From Eledone cirrhosa (Eukaryota): DNA of 64,000 nucleotides. Position 1 is the first letter of the stretch, and every line of letters starts with the position of its first letter. The translations under genes and the position numbers were made by a program. The stretch lies in assembly GCA_964016885.1 (NCBI GenBank), contig OZ024750.1:54560001-54624000 (forward strand), read 5' to 3'. The notes beneath the pieces are model-generated. The model ran no database searches. It was given only the letters and a program-made list of their open reading frames with translations, and was not told where the DNA came from. This document shows positions 13,349 through 24,888 of the stretch, one piece after another.

Positions 13349-13845
13349 GGTATATATTGAGTTAGGAACTCAAAATAGTCTCTTACAACAAAATAGCTCT
13401 AAGAAAGAGTTATATCTGAGCCGTATATTATAATAGAATATAAAAGAAAAAACAAACACAGATATATAGATATATGTGTTTAAATCGTAAACCTGGCTGC
13501 TATTTTTAGTGGTGTGGGTTTGTGAGACTCGCTAGGATGCCATGTGCGCTGTTTTATATTTTATATATAGTATACATAGATGTGTCTAGGATACTAATTC
13601 ATCATCCACTGATGAGCTTGGATTAGTATATCTATTCACAATTAACTTTGTGAAACAACAACAAATTGTCTGGGTGATTGGTAGTTACCACAATTCCGGT
13701 TTGTATTTATTTTATTTTCTTAATTTTCTTTTCGAAATATATATAATAAAACATATACTTTGATTATGTGAATGTCTTCATTTATTAATATTCTGAATAA
13801 TATTAATAACTCCAGAAAACGTACTGTAGAGTGCTTTTAATCTAT

Positions 13846-13850
<5 letters not shown>
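13343..13850 (+). mobile_element. ~500-nt non-coding HHR-bearing insert in (TA)n
   Basis: Unique sequence between two TA arrays, with an HHR at 13601-13678. Confidence 0.6.
13601..13678 (+). ncRNA. Type I hammerhead ribozyme motif
   Basis: aucaucca CUGAUGA ... GAAA caa caacaaa uug UC ugggugau. 8-bp stem I with one G-U, stem III caa/uug, GUC triplet; stem II irregular. Confidence 0.72.
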
Positions 13851-13934
<84 letters not shown>

Positions 13935-14232
13935 ATATATATATGTGTGTATATATATATATATGTGTGTATATATATATATATGTGTGTATATATATAT
14001 ATATGTATGTATATATATATGTATGTATATATATTTCGTTTCTGAATTTGTTTAGCAAGATTCTTTATCTGAAATCGTGTTTTGAAACCGATATTGTTAT
14101 ACTTTGGGAGGGTCATGTTGCCAATAAGAAACACACGCACCAGTTGCTTTCACTTCAATTTATTATATATTTATAAATTTATAAATTTCTGGTTGGTTGG
14201 TTGGTTCCACAACCAGATAGTTGTTTATATAT

Positions 14233-14277
14233 AGTCATAGTTCTTTCGTCACACACTCTGTGACCTCTTCAGTGACT
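14233..14277 (-). ncRNA. Minimal hammerhead ribozyme in PLE pseudo-LTR (canonical core)
   Basis: aguca CUGAAGA g gucaca gagug ugugac GAAA gaac UA ugacu. Confidence 0.8.
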
Positions 14278-14761
14278 GGGGATTCCTTTCTTTGTTTCTG
14301 TGACTCTCCTTTGTTCTGTCCTACGCCATTTTGTTTCTGTGTGTGTGTTGTGTGCTCAGTCTGCGCATGCGCCACATCCGGGTGTCTGTGTGTGTTCATG
14401 TTCATTTATTTATTTGTTTATTTACATGTTACTGGTTGGTTGTTTGTTCTATGTGTGTGTTTTCATTTTGTCCTTAATTGTAAGTTGTGATGTTGCCTGT
14501 AGCTTGAAACTAGTACATTGTTCTTTTGTCAGTGTTGAACAAAAGGGCAACGATGGTTGCTAAACACTGTACGGCTTAATTCGGGATATTTGTTTACAAA
14601 CAAACCGAGCATTATAATAAATGTTTGGTAAATCCATACGTACATATATATATGTGTGCATGTATGTATATATATATACATACTACTGTACGTCTGTATA
14701 CATATATGTATGTACGTATACATATATATATATATATATGTATAAATATATATATATATAA

Positions 14762-14849
<88 letters not shown>

Positions 14850-14986
14850 ATACTTTGGGAGGGTCATGTTGCCAATAAGAAACACACGCACCAGTTGCTT
14901 TCACTTCAATTTATTATAATAAATTTATAAATTTATAAATTTCTGGTTGGTTGGTTGGTTCCACAACCAGATAGTTGTTTATATAT

Positions 14987-15031
14987 AGTCATAGTTCTTT
15001 CATCACACACTCTGTGACCTATTCAGTGACT
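14987..15031 (-). ncRNA. PLE hammerhead copy with variant core CUGAAUA
   Basis: Same fold as 14233-14277 but with G8>U; identical variant at 19170-19214 (+). Confidence 0.6.
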
Positions 15032-15216
15032 GGGGATTCCTTTCTTTGTTTCTGTGCCTCTCCTTTGTTCTGTCCTACGCCATTTTGTTTCCGTGTGTAT
15101 GTTGTGTGCTCAGTCTGCGCATGCGCCACATCCGGGAGTCTGTGTGTGTTCATGTTCATTTATTTATTTGTTTATTTACATGTTACTGGTTGGTTGTTTG
15201 TTCTATGTGTGTGTTT

Positions 15217-18200
15217 TCATTTTGTCCTTAATTGTAAGTTGTGATGTTGCCTGTTCCACTCATATTTTCTATTTAATTTTGGTTGTAATTCTTTTATGTT
15301 TATTGCCTCTGTAATTTGTCTAAACATTGCGTCTTTTCTGTGTGTAGATTCTATTTTTATTTCTATGTTCTCTAATTTACCCTTATGTTCTATTTTAGCA
15401 TGTTGGTAGAGTACAGATGATTCTTTACTATCTTGAAGGTCTCGCCAGTGTTCATTTATCCGTTCCCCTACACTACGAGCTGTCTCACCTATGTACACTA
15501 TATTTTTGCCTCTACATTGTCCTTCAGTACATCTTATGCTATACACTACATTTCTAGTTTTACAGTTAATATGGGGGCTTATTTTACAGGTTATACATTT
15601 CTTATCTATACATGAGGGTCTTTGGAAAGGGTATGTCTTGCTAATAAGTGTTTTTACGGAGGTACCTGGTCTTTCTACTATCTTAATATTGAGTTTATGT
15701 TTATTTGGGGCCCTTCTAAATTTGTAAGCTAATTCACCTCTAGGGGTTGTATCGATGAACATTACACTCTGGTATTTATTGCTATCATACCATGAGTTTA
15801 TTCTATTAGCCTTATTCCTAGTTCTTTCTAGTCTATTCCAAAATTTGCTCCTATACAAGGGGCAGGTCCCATTTATGTCATTATTTACCATTTTTTCCCA
15901 TTTAGTTCTGGCTCCTCTATACACTCTGATTCTATCTCTCTGATTGTAGCCAGAGAACTGCATACGGTGGATGAAGTGTTGTATGTGTCTCTCTAGTTCT
16001 TCGGGGTTGCACATGCGGGACACGTTTCTCATCACCCGTACCAAATCCGCAATCAGTATGTTGATTTTGGTATGGTCCGAAACGGCCGAGTTTCGGTGGA
16101 TCAGATGTTTGGAAGTCATCGGTTTGGCATAATGGGAATGGAGGATTTGTTTTTTATTATTAATGGTATCTAACCAGAGCTCTGTGTCTAGTACAGGTAA
16201 TCGATGGTTGGGGTGTTTACTTGGGTAGTCTATAGTAACTCTAATGCTCTGGTGGATGGAGTTAGCTATTTGCTGGATGCTTTCCATTGTGTTTTTCTCT
16301 AGTTCCTGACTGTTCTCTAGTGAGGGTGTCTTAACTACGATGTTTATATCATCAACGTAGCGGGAGTACATTATCAGGGTTAAGGGGTCTTCTAATTGTT
16401 CTTTAAGTTTAAGTTTAAGTCTACTGTCCCACCATACCATGAATAAGTTAGCTATGTCGCCTGCAATGCTAACACCAATGGCTGCTCCTTCCTCTTGGAC
16501 ATATGTTTTTCCATTAAATTTGAACATATGTTCCTTAAGGGTTAGTTTTATGCTGGCCCCTACCGCATGTGCAATCATTTTCTTTAGTTCATCGTGGTTT
16601 TCGGGTATCCGTATGGCTCTGGTCCACCCATTCCATCTGTCTGTGTGGGTTTTCTTATTCATTGAGGTAATGGTAGGTGGTCTGCCTCTTGCTGGTCTTG
16701 TAGGGCACAGGTTGCTAAGGTCATATGTGTCTAGGTAATTATTACTATAGGTAAGTTTAAGTAGGAGTCCCAGCTCACTGGTATCAATCCCACGGAACTC
16801 AACATTGCTCTCACTGATCATTTCTACGCATTTCTCCACAGTAAAATCCACGTCAATAGATGGATACAGGGACACAACATCCATACTACCTATTATGCAG
16901 TTTGTTAGGTCCCTAGATCGGTTACTCCCGCCGATTCTGCAGAGGAAATCCTCCGTGCTGTCACATACATCTTGGGACATTTCGATGATGGGGCGTATGA
17001 TCAAGGAGAGGAAGTAGGACAGTCTGTAGTTACTAGCAATGTTAGCTCCACAGACTGGCCGTGTTGGTGGTCCTGCGACAGGGTCACAGCCCGTTTTATG
17101 GTCTTTTCGAAGCCCATACAACGCCGGCACGTCATTGTTCCAGGCCTGGAAGTTGTTGGCAGTCCTTTTGTTGGGCTTCATTATATTCGTCCACATCACC
17201 ATATGGGCATTGAGGGCTTTTTCTCTATCCTCATGCTCCTGTGGTGTTACCTCTCTTGTGTTAGTGATGTGCGGTTGCATTGCCTGGATGTAGTTTGGCA
17301 GGCTGTCAACCGACATTCTGCCAGACTTGTCTGTTGGAAAGCATGCTATCTCTCCATTACGCGAGCGCTGCATGAGCTTACGCAAGCCATTTGCAGATTT
17401 TTCTCCCAGTTGCTGGGCCTCCATTCTATTATGCTTCTTGCTATACTGTTCTATAATATTTCTAAGCTCGGATCTAGCTATACTAAATTGTGCTTTTGTT
17501 TGTTCATCGACCTGCGACGGCAATTGCGTGCGTTTGTTAAATGGTAGAGTCGTGGCGTGGACTCGTCGCAGGTCGAACGATTTATCGGAGGGATTATAAA
17601 ACGTAGAGTTCCAGGCTGCTGCTTTATGTGTACTAGTGCTATTGTTATTGTTAGTTGTGTTGTTTCTATTTCTATTTCCACCAACAGCCTTATGGTTGTT
17701 TCTATGTCTCTCATAGTTACTCCTGTCTCTTTCCACTGGCTCATTGTTGTTATCTACCCTATTTTGTGTGTCTGTGTGTTCGTCTTGGTTATTTTCTTTG
17801 TCCTTAGTCTCCCTTCTCCTTTTAATCCTATTGCTTTCCCTTATTTCTGTGATTTCTGTGCTACTGTCATTACTTGTTCTCTGTGTCTGTGTGTTTGTTA
17901 AGATTGTGGTGGTGGAAGGCATTGAATGTGTGTGGGTTGTTGTTGTTGATGTGTGCTGTTGTTGATGTGTGTTGTTGTCTCCGTGTGCGTTATTATTGTT
18001 GTGTGTGTTGTTTGTGTCTGTGTGTCTGTTGTTGTTTCTGGGTATGTTGTTGTTGGTGTGTGTGTTGTTGTTATTGTTGTTTGTGTCTGTGTGTCTGTTG
18101 TTGTTGGGATGTGTGTTGTATATGTGTATGCGTATATTGTTGCTTTTGTTTTTGTTTTTGTGGCTCCAGTGTAGTTTTGTAAATGATTTTTCTATTTCTG

Positions 18201-18255
18201 ACAGACAACTAATCATATTTACCTTCTTGAATGTCGCAAATCGCGGGGCAGACAT
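15217..18255 (-). CDS. Penelope-like reverse transcriptase plus GIY-YIG endonuclease
   Basis: PTDKSGR, LYGLRKDHK, TRPVC, SMDVVSLYPSI, QEEGAAIG, RYVDD, LPVLD, CxxxxCxxC, NVVYSIRC...YIGET; 1012 aa open. The true reading frame likely continues upstream across a frameshift near 18246. Confidence 0.93.
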   Translation of the reverse strand: MSAPRFATFKKVNMISCLSEIEKSFTKLHWSHKNKNKSNNIRIHIYNTHPNNNRHTDTNNNNNNTHTNNNIPRNNNRHTDTNNTHNNNNAHGDNNTHQQQHTSTTTTHTHSMPSTTTILTNTQTQRTSNDSSTEITEIRESNRIKRRRETKDKENNQDEHTDTQNRVDNNNEPVERDRSNYERHRNNHKAVGGNRNRNNTTNNNNSTSTHKAAAWNSTFYNPSDKSFDLRRVHATTLPFNKRTQLPSQVDEQTKAQFSIARSELRNIIEQYSKKHNRMEAQQLGEKSANGLRKLMQRSRNGEIACFPTDKSGRMSVDSLPNYIQAMQPHITNTREVTPQEHEDREKALNAHMVMWTNIMKPNKRTANNFQAWNNDVPALYGLRKDHKTGCDPVAGPPTRPVCGANIASNYRLSYFLSLIIRPIIEMSQDVCDSTEDFLCRIGGSNRSRDLTNCIIGSMDVVSLYPSIDVDFTVEKCVEMISESNVEFRGIDTSELGLLLKLTYSNNYLDTYDLSNLCPTRPARGRPPTITSMNKKTHTDRWNGWTRAIRIPENHDELKKMIAHAVGASIKLTLKEHMFKFNGKTYVQEEGAAIGVSIAGDIANLFMVWWDSRLKLKLKEQLEDPLTLIMYSRYVDDINIVVKTPSLENSQELEKNTMESIQQIANSIHQSIRVTIDYPSKHPNHRLPVLDTELWLDTINNKKQILHSHYAKPMTSKHLIHRNSAVSDHTKINILIADLVRVMRNVSRMCNPEELERHIQHFIHRMQFSGYNQRDRIRVYRGARTKWEKMVNNDINGTCPLYRSKFWNRLERTRNKANRINSWYDSNKYQSVMFIDTTPRGELAYKFRRAPNKHKLNIKIVERPGTSVKTLISKTYPFQRPSCIDKKCITCKISPHINCKTRNVVYSIRCTEGQCRGKNIVYIGETARSVGERINEHWRDLQDSKESSVLYQHAKIEHKGKLENIEIKIESTHRKDAMFRQITEAINIKELQPKLNRKYEWNRQHHNLQLRTK

Positions 18256-18438
18256 AATACAGATAACTCATCATTATCTATTATTGTGTTACCGTATATA
18301 TTTGTGTTGTTGTTGATGTTGAACTCATCCGTTAATGAAGTGTCGGCCATATTTATACCGTCAACCACGATGAACTGAAGAAAATTATTGCACATGCGGT
18401 AGGGGCCATGGTATGATAGCAATAAATACCAGAGTGTA

Positions 18439-18984
18439 ATGTTCATCGATACAACCCCTAGAGGTGAATTAGCTTACAAATTTAGAAGGGCCCTAAATAA
18501 ACATAAACTCAATATTAAGATAGTAGAAAGACCAGGTACCTCCGTAAAAACACTTATTAGCAAGACATACTCTTTCCAAAGACCCTCATGTATAGATAAG
18601 AAATGTATAACCTGTAAAATAAGCCCCCATATTAACTGTAAAACTAGAAATGTAGTGTATAGCATAAGATGTACTGAAGGACAATGTAGAGACAAAAATA
18701 TAGTGTACATAGGTGAGACAGCTCGTAGTGTAGGGGAACGGATAAATGAACACTGGCGAGACCTTCAAGATAGTAAAGAATCATCTGTACTCTACCAACA
18801 TGCTAAAATAGAACATAAGGGTAAATTAGAGAACATAGAAATAAAAATAGAATCTACACACAGAAAAGACGCAATGTTTAGACAAATTACAGAGGCAATA
18901 AACATAAAAGAATTACAACCAAAATTAAATAGAAAATATGAGTGGAACAGGCAACATCACAACTTACAATTAAGGACAAAATGA
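18439..18984 (+). pseudogene. Inverted duplicate of the PLE GIY-YIG C-terminus
   Basis: Matches the C-terminal 181 aa of 15217-18255 except for three substitutions (P/L, P/S, G/D). Confidence 0.9.
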
Positions 18985-19362
18985 AAACACACACATAGAA
19001 CAAACAACCAACCAGTAACATGTAAATAAACAAATAAATAAATGAACATGAACACACACAGACTCCCGGATGTGGCGCATGCGCAGACTGAGCACACAAC
19101 ATACACACAGAAACAAAATGGCGTAGGACAGAACAAAGGAGAGGCACAGAAACAAAGAAAGGAATCCCCAGTCACTGAATAGGTCACAGAGTGTGTGATG
19201 AAAGAACTATGACTATATATAAACAACTATCTGGTTGTGGAACCAACCAACCAACCAACCAGAAATTTATAAATTTATAAATTTATTATAATAAATTGAA
19301 GTGAAAGCAACTGGTGCGTGTGTTTCTTATTGGCAACATGACCCTCCCAAAGTATAACAATA

Positions 19363-19441
<79 letters not shown>

Positions 19442-19481
19442 TTATATATATATATATTTATACATATATATATATATATAT

Positions 19482-19998
19482 GTATACGTACATACATATA
19501 TGTATACAGACGTACAGTAGTATGTATATATATATACATACATGCACACATATATATATGTACGTATGGATTTACCAAACATTTATTATAATGCTCGGTT
19601 TGTTTGTAAACAAATATCCCGAATTAAGCCGTACAGTGTTTAGCAACCATCGTTGCCCTTTTGTTCAACACTGACAAAAGAACAATGTACTAGTTTCAAG
19701 CTTATTAGCTATCATCAGCACCGTATACCTTCCTGCCAGTTGATTGAACGTCAGAAAGTATATACTTTCCTTATGCATATTAATAATGGCTGAGCAGCCT
19801 AATTTGCATATCGAGTGAGTTAATTGGCCAGGTGCACCGAAAACGATAAATGGAAAATATGAAACTAAATTTCATTTCTCTCTCTTAGTACGGCTGTTAC
19901 TTAAATATAAGTATGTATACGTACATACATATATGTATACAGATGTACAGTAGTATGTATATATATACATACATGCACACATATATATATGTACGTAT
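19482..19998 (-). mobile_element. Second family-B HHR element (~433-nt monomer plus ~85-nt terminal direct repeat)
   Basis: Repeat at about 19482-19566 and 19915-19998; body homologous to 6820-7170. Confidence 0.8.
19683..19723 (-). ncRNA. Minimal type I hammerhead ribozyme
   Basis: cggug CUGAUGA uagcu aaua agcuu GAAA cuag UA cauug. Confidence 0.8.
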
Positions 19999-20345
19999 TA
20001 TGTTTGTCTTGGTCTTCCATGTCTGAAATAAAGAGGAGCACTTGCATGCTCGCCCGGAGACAGGAGGTGAATTTATCTTTGTCATTGTCATTGTGAGTGT
20101 TCAGATTTTCCAACTCCATAGTTCATTTATCATAGTGAACAACACCGAGATCTAAGATTAAGAAGTAGTGGCCTTGTGACAGATATTAGCATTAGAAACC
20201 TTACTATAAAACTGCTGAGTTTTCATTGGGCCAAATAACTATGGTGGTGAGTGAGAGTGGGCAGGATTGAAAGGGTGACTTCTGAAAGGCGAACGTACCT
20301 AGCCAACCTGGGAGATACTGGAAAAACAAAAACAATAGCCAAACG
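19999..20345 (-). mobile_element. RTE LINE 5' leader fragment
   Basis: Similar to 60850-61140 and 12875-13090 upstream of APE domains. Confidence 0.65.
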
Positions 20346-20489
20346 TAAACTGATTTTCTAATGAGAAGACTTCTAAATGTCTTCATTTATAAATGTCTTC
20401 TAAGTGGATATAAGGGATAGGAAGAATACTGAAAGTTCTCCATTACAGAATCCACCCCAGCTAGGATCCATTTCGTTTATACAACTGGA

Positions 20490-22921
20490 GTATTATTATT
20501 ATTTTTATTATTATTGTTGTTCTTTGAGTCTCAGTCATTAATGTTATTTAACTGGAAAGTTTGTTGAAATGAATATCAAGCCACTACCTGCAGCCTCAAA
20601 CATTCAGGACGTATCGGAGGGTTCTTGCTGTTCCCTGCAGGCATACCTTTTGAAGTGTTCCATCCTTGGAAACTCTTTGGAAATTCTTTGAGATAGTACC
20701 TAGTGCGCCTATGACAATCGGGATGACCTTGATTTCATGGAAGTTCCAAATCCTTTTTAACTCCCACTTTAAATCCTGGTATCGGTTAATTTTCTCCCTC
20801 TCCTTTTCTTGCACTCTCGTGTCAGATGGGCAGGCTACATCTACAATCAGGCACAATCTTTTTTCCTTGTCCAAAACCACCAGGTCAGGCCTATTGTGTT
20901 CTAATTTCTTTTCCGTCTGTATCCTAAAATCCCATAGCACCTTCACCTGATTGTTTTATATCACCGACTCTGGCTTATGCTCATACCACTTCTCAGAATG
21001 TGGTAAATTGTTTAGTTTGCATAGATGCCAGTGGATCACCCTACCTATCACATCATGTCTCCAGCCTTTATAGTGAATGTTGGCTACGTGTTTACACTCG
21101 GATACAATGTGAACCACAGTCTCTTCTCTCTCTCCACAGATCCTACACGGTGAGCTAGCCTCCTCCTTATCAATATGGTGTTTCACCCACTTCGTTCTGA
21201 GGGCTTGCTCTTGCACAGCCATTAACATTCCTTCTGTAGCTTTTTTAAGGAGTCCAATTTTAACCAGTTCCATGTCTGTGGATCTCTAAATTCCGTTTTC
21301 TTAAAGAAGGTACTATGAAGGGATTTTTCATGAAGGTTGCTCTTCCTCCTTGGACATCCCCTGGTCTATTGTCTTCTCCTTCAGTACAATTTTGAGCATT
21401 GGCTCCCTACTCTCAGTCACATATCTGTGCAGGCTGTTTTTCTCCATCTGAACACACTCCTCTATGCTGATAAGACCTCTTTAAGTAGAGTCTATCAACA
21501 TCACTCCTCTTGTGGAACATGTTGTATATAGTCATTATCTTCCTATCCATTTCTTTTTGTTCAGCAACATTCCATTTCAGAATCCCTGCACTGTACCTAA
21601 TAATTGTTTCTACTTTAGGCACAAGGCCAGCAATTATCCAGTGCATTACTGGTACTTTTATTTTATCGACCCCATAAGGATGAAAGGCAAAGTCAACCTC
21701 GGCGGGATTTGAACTCAGATCGTAAAGGGACGTAACTATGCTGGAAAGTATGGCGTCCGACTCTCTACCGATACTGCCAATCCACCTCGGGAATTCACTG
21801 CACTTATGACATTCCTACTATTTAGATGTGATTTTAATACGCTCCTTATTCTCCTAATGTACTCAGATCTTATCAATTCCTTCATTTTTTTGTTCTTGAT
21901 GTCTCCAGAACACCTAAATATCTGTATCCTTCTTCAGTGTCAATTTCCTTTTTCATCTCACCTGTTGGTACCTGGATTCCGTTGTTTCTGCTCAATTTAC
22001 CCTTCTTCATCACTAGGACTCTACACTTATTAACACCAAATTCCATACATATATCATTGCTGAAAATACGGACAGTGTCAACAAGTACATCCAACTCCTT
22101 CTCACTCTTCCCAAAGAGTTTAAGATCGCCCATGAAGAAGAGGTGGTTGATGGTAAGCTCTCCTCTTCCCAACTTGTATCCTGCTCTCACTTTTCGCAAT
22201 GTAACGGACAGGGGTATCAGGGCAAGGACAAACAACAAAAGGGGACAAACTGTCTCCCTGGATTCGGTCTTTCATTACCAGAACTGTGGTACCTTTTGTC
22301 AACCACTCTGGTACCTCACCCGACATCAAGCAGTCATTGAACATGGTTGTCAGTTTCGAGTGGAGGGATGTTATATTTTTAATCCAATACCCTTGCACAC
22401 CATCTGGGCCTGGTGATTTCCAGCTGGTTAGTTTTTTGGTCTGCCCTTTAAAAGTTTCAACTGTGATACTTAAATCAGGTTGTTGGTGTACTTGTTCTCC
22501 ATTTGTACTGTCTCAATCCACACTGCCTGGCTATTATGTTCAACATCTTGCTCCCATATTCCTCTCCAGAATGTCTTAGTCTGTTCCGCCTCAGGGATCA
22601 CATTGTTGCCTCTTTCTTTCCCTTCAAGCTGTTCAAATAACATCTTCTGGTTGTCAAACATGCAGTTCTGTCTATACTGACTGACTCTGCCCTCATACCG
22701 CCTAATCTTTGCACTCTTTGCTACAATGCGTTGCTTCAGTTCCTCTACGATAACATTTAGCTTTTTTCCTCTTAGTTTTGTATTTTATTTTCAATCTATC
22801 TTTAGTGTCTATGTTTTGTTGTGTCCCATTCAGTAAAGACTCAAGCTTTCCAATGTCTTTTCTCATTTCCTTGATTTGACAATTCAGTCGTTTCTTCCAC
22901 CAAGATTCTGATCTTTCTTGT
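20490..22921 (-). mobile_element. Decayed Dong/R4-like RLE-type non-LTR retrotransposon
   Basis: QGDSLSP, NHLFFMGDLKLF (YMDD position), CRICGEREETVVHIVSEC zinc knuckle, WDFRIQT...NRPDLVV...IVDVACP..KE.EK..RY restriction-like endonuclease; (TAA)n-like tail at about 20490-20515; frameshifts and an internal deletion. Confidence 0.85.
21600..21787 (-). mobile_element. tRNA-derived SINE (octopus OK-like, Meta-type core) inserted in the Dong element
   Basis: A box TGGCAGTATCGG, B box GAGTTCAAATCC, core GGGGTCGATAAAATAAAAGTACCAG, tail GTAGAAACAATTATT. Confidence 0.8.
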
Positions 22922-22924
22922 TTG

Positions 22925-23878
22925 TTGTTTCCTCTCGTTTTTATACCAAGTAATCAGTAGAGGAGCTAGAGAATAAATTCTGGCTATGGAAACAGCAGTT
23001 GGAATCAAGAGGACGGAGAGTGAACATAGCTAAGACAAAAGTGTTGATAAGTAGAAAAGAGGACAAAACTCTGATTCCGCCAGGGAAATGGTCATGTTCG
23101 ATATGTAGAAAAGGATTTGGCATAAACTCTATAAAATGTACCCAATACAGATCTAAGATGGGATAGCAGGCAAACTAACAGGTAGGGAAAACTACTTATG
23201 CAGTAGATGTACAGGGAAATTTTACAGTAGGAGTCGCAATGACAGACACATTTTTCAAAAGCAGGTAGGTTCTATAGACATGGTGGATAGCTTCCAGTAC
23301 CTTGGTGATCTGATTAGCATGGGAGGGGGGTGTTCCGAGGCCATAATATCTAGAATAAGGATGGGTTGGAAGAAGTTTAGGGAGCTGCTTCCTCAGCTGA
23401 CTAAGAAGGGTTTCTCCCTGCTTACGAAAGGCCGGTTATATGATGCCTGTGTGAGGAGCGCGATGCTGCATGGTAGTGAGACATGGGCAGCAACTGCAGA
23501 GGATATGCGACGGCTGGAGAGAAATGAAGCAAGTATGCTCCGTTGGATGTGCAATGTCAATGTGCGTGACTGAGCAAGCATAGATGAGTTGAGAGAGAAA
23601 CTATGTATAAGAGAGATAATTTGTAGTTAGAGAGAAGACTGCGATGGTATGGGCATGTGATGCGCATGGAGGATGACCGCTGGGTAAAGAAGTGCCAAGA
23701 TATCCCAGTAGAAGGAAGACCACGAAAAACACGGGCAAAGGTGGTAAGAGCAGACCTCAGATCGCTGAAGCTCATGGAGGAGATGACGAATGACTGTGGC
23801 AAGTGGTGAGATGCTGTGCTGAATAGGACCCATTCCACCCTTGCAAGCAGGGAAAAGTGGACCTAAAATGATGATGAT
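22925..23878 (+). mobile_element. RTE LINE 3' half (subfamily C), decayed
   Basis: WKQQLESRG..NIAKTKVL, decayed Cys finger, VDSFQYLG, LHGSETW; (GAT)n tail. Confidence 0.88.
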
Positions 23879-24456
23879 AATATATATCAAAATAAGAGTC
23901 ATATATGATAAGAATAGAGGAGAAGGAATTAATATATATGTTAGATGCCTTAGACAAAGCGAAGTGTGCTCAATGCTTAAAGATGCAAGATTAAATATTA
24001 CAGTGGAGTTAATATTCAAGGAGAATTTGTGTGCAGAGGATAAGCAGAGCGAAACACTGTAAGAAATAAATTTTGTTATTAAATGTCTTGTTTTCCCCAC
24101 CATATATTGCTTATGTGTGTGTGTACAGATATAATGTTTCTGGTTTGGTATTTGAGTTGGTATCTCACCAGAACATCCATCTATCTAGCACTAAAAAGAA
24201 AAGGGGAGAGGGAGGTTAAGGAAATGATATACATACCAAATCATTTGAATTTCTCTTCACTGCCATAACCTAGATCACAGCAGGGGATTTTTCAACACAA
24301 CCCCTCTCTCATTGTTACTATTTCTTTCTCTTTCTATCTACCTTGTTACCTACAAACTTAGTGAAACTTTATACTGTTTCCCAGCCCCTGCCTCCATATA
24401 CTCCAAGAAAACAAAAAAGAACTTATTATGGTTTGAGAGAGAAATTGTTAATGAAA

Positions 24457-24888
24457 TAATTGTTTCTACTATTGGCACAAAGCCAGCAATATCCCAGTGC
24501 ATTACTGGTACTTTATTTTATCGACCCCATAAGGATGAAAGGCAAAGTTAACCTCGGCGGGATTTGAACTCAGAATGGCAAGGGCCGTAACTCTATGCAT
24601 CAAAGCATGGTGTCCGACCCTCTACCGATACTGCCAATTCACCGCCCTTTTGTTAATGAAATAATGATTTCATGATTTCTAGTATAGGCACAAGGCCTGT
24701 AATTTGGGGGAGAGGAAAGTCGATTAAATGGACCCCAATACGCTACTGGAGCTTTATTTTATCGACCCCATAAGGATGAAAGGCAAAGTTAACCTTGGTG
24801 GGATTTGAACTGAGACCGTAAAGAACCGTAACTCTATGCTGCAAAGCATGGTGTCCGATTCTCTACTGATACTGCCAATCCACCACCA
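24457..24888 (-). mobile_element. Two tandem OK-like SINEs at one target site
   Basis: SINEs at about 24461-24647 and 24672-24887, separated and flanked by three copies of TTGTTAATGAAATAAT. Confidence 0.85.

Larger units (their letters stand above)
14033..19340 (-). mobile_element. Penelope-like element: RT-GIY-YIG ORF with tandem and inverted pseudo-LTRs
   Basis: pLTR copies at 14033-14500 (-), about 14843-15260 (-), and an inverted 3' part at 18407-19340 (+); each pLTR contains an HHR motif. Confidence 0.93.

Noticed and set aside
20490-20515. Dong/R4 element as the partner LINE of the OK-like SINE
   Set aside because: The Dong tail reads (TAA)n while the SINE tail reads (ATT)n, and I saw no shared 3' sequence.
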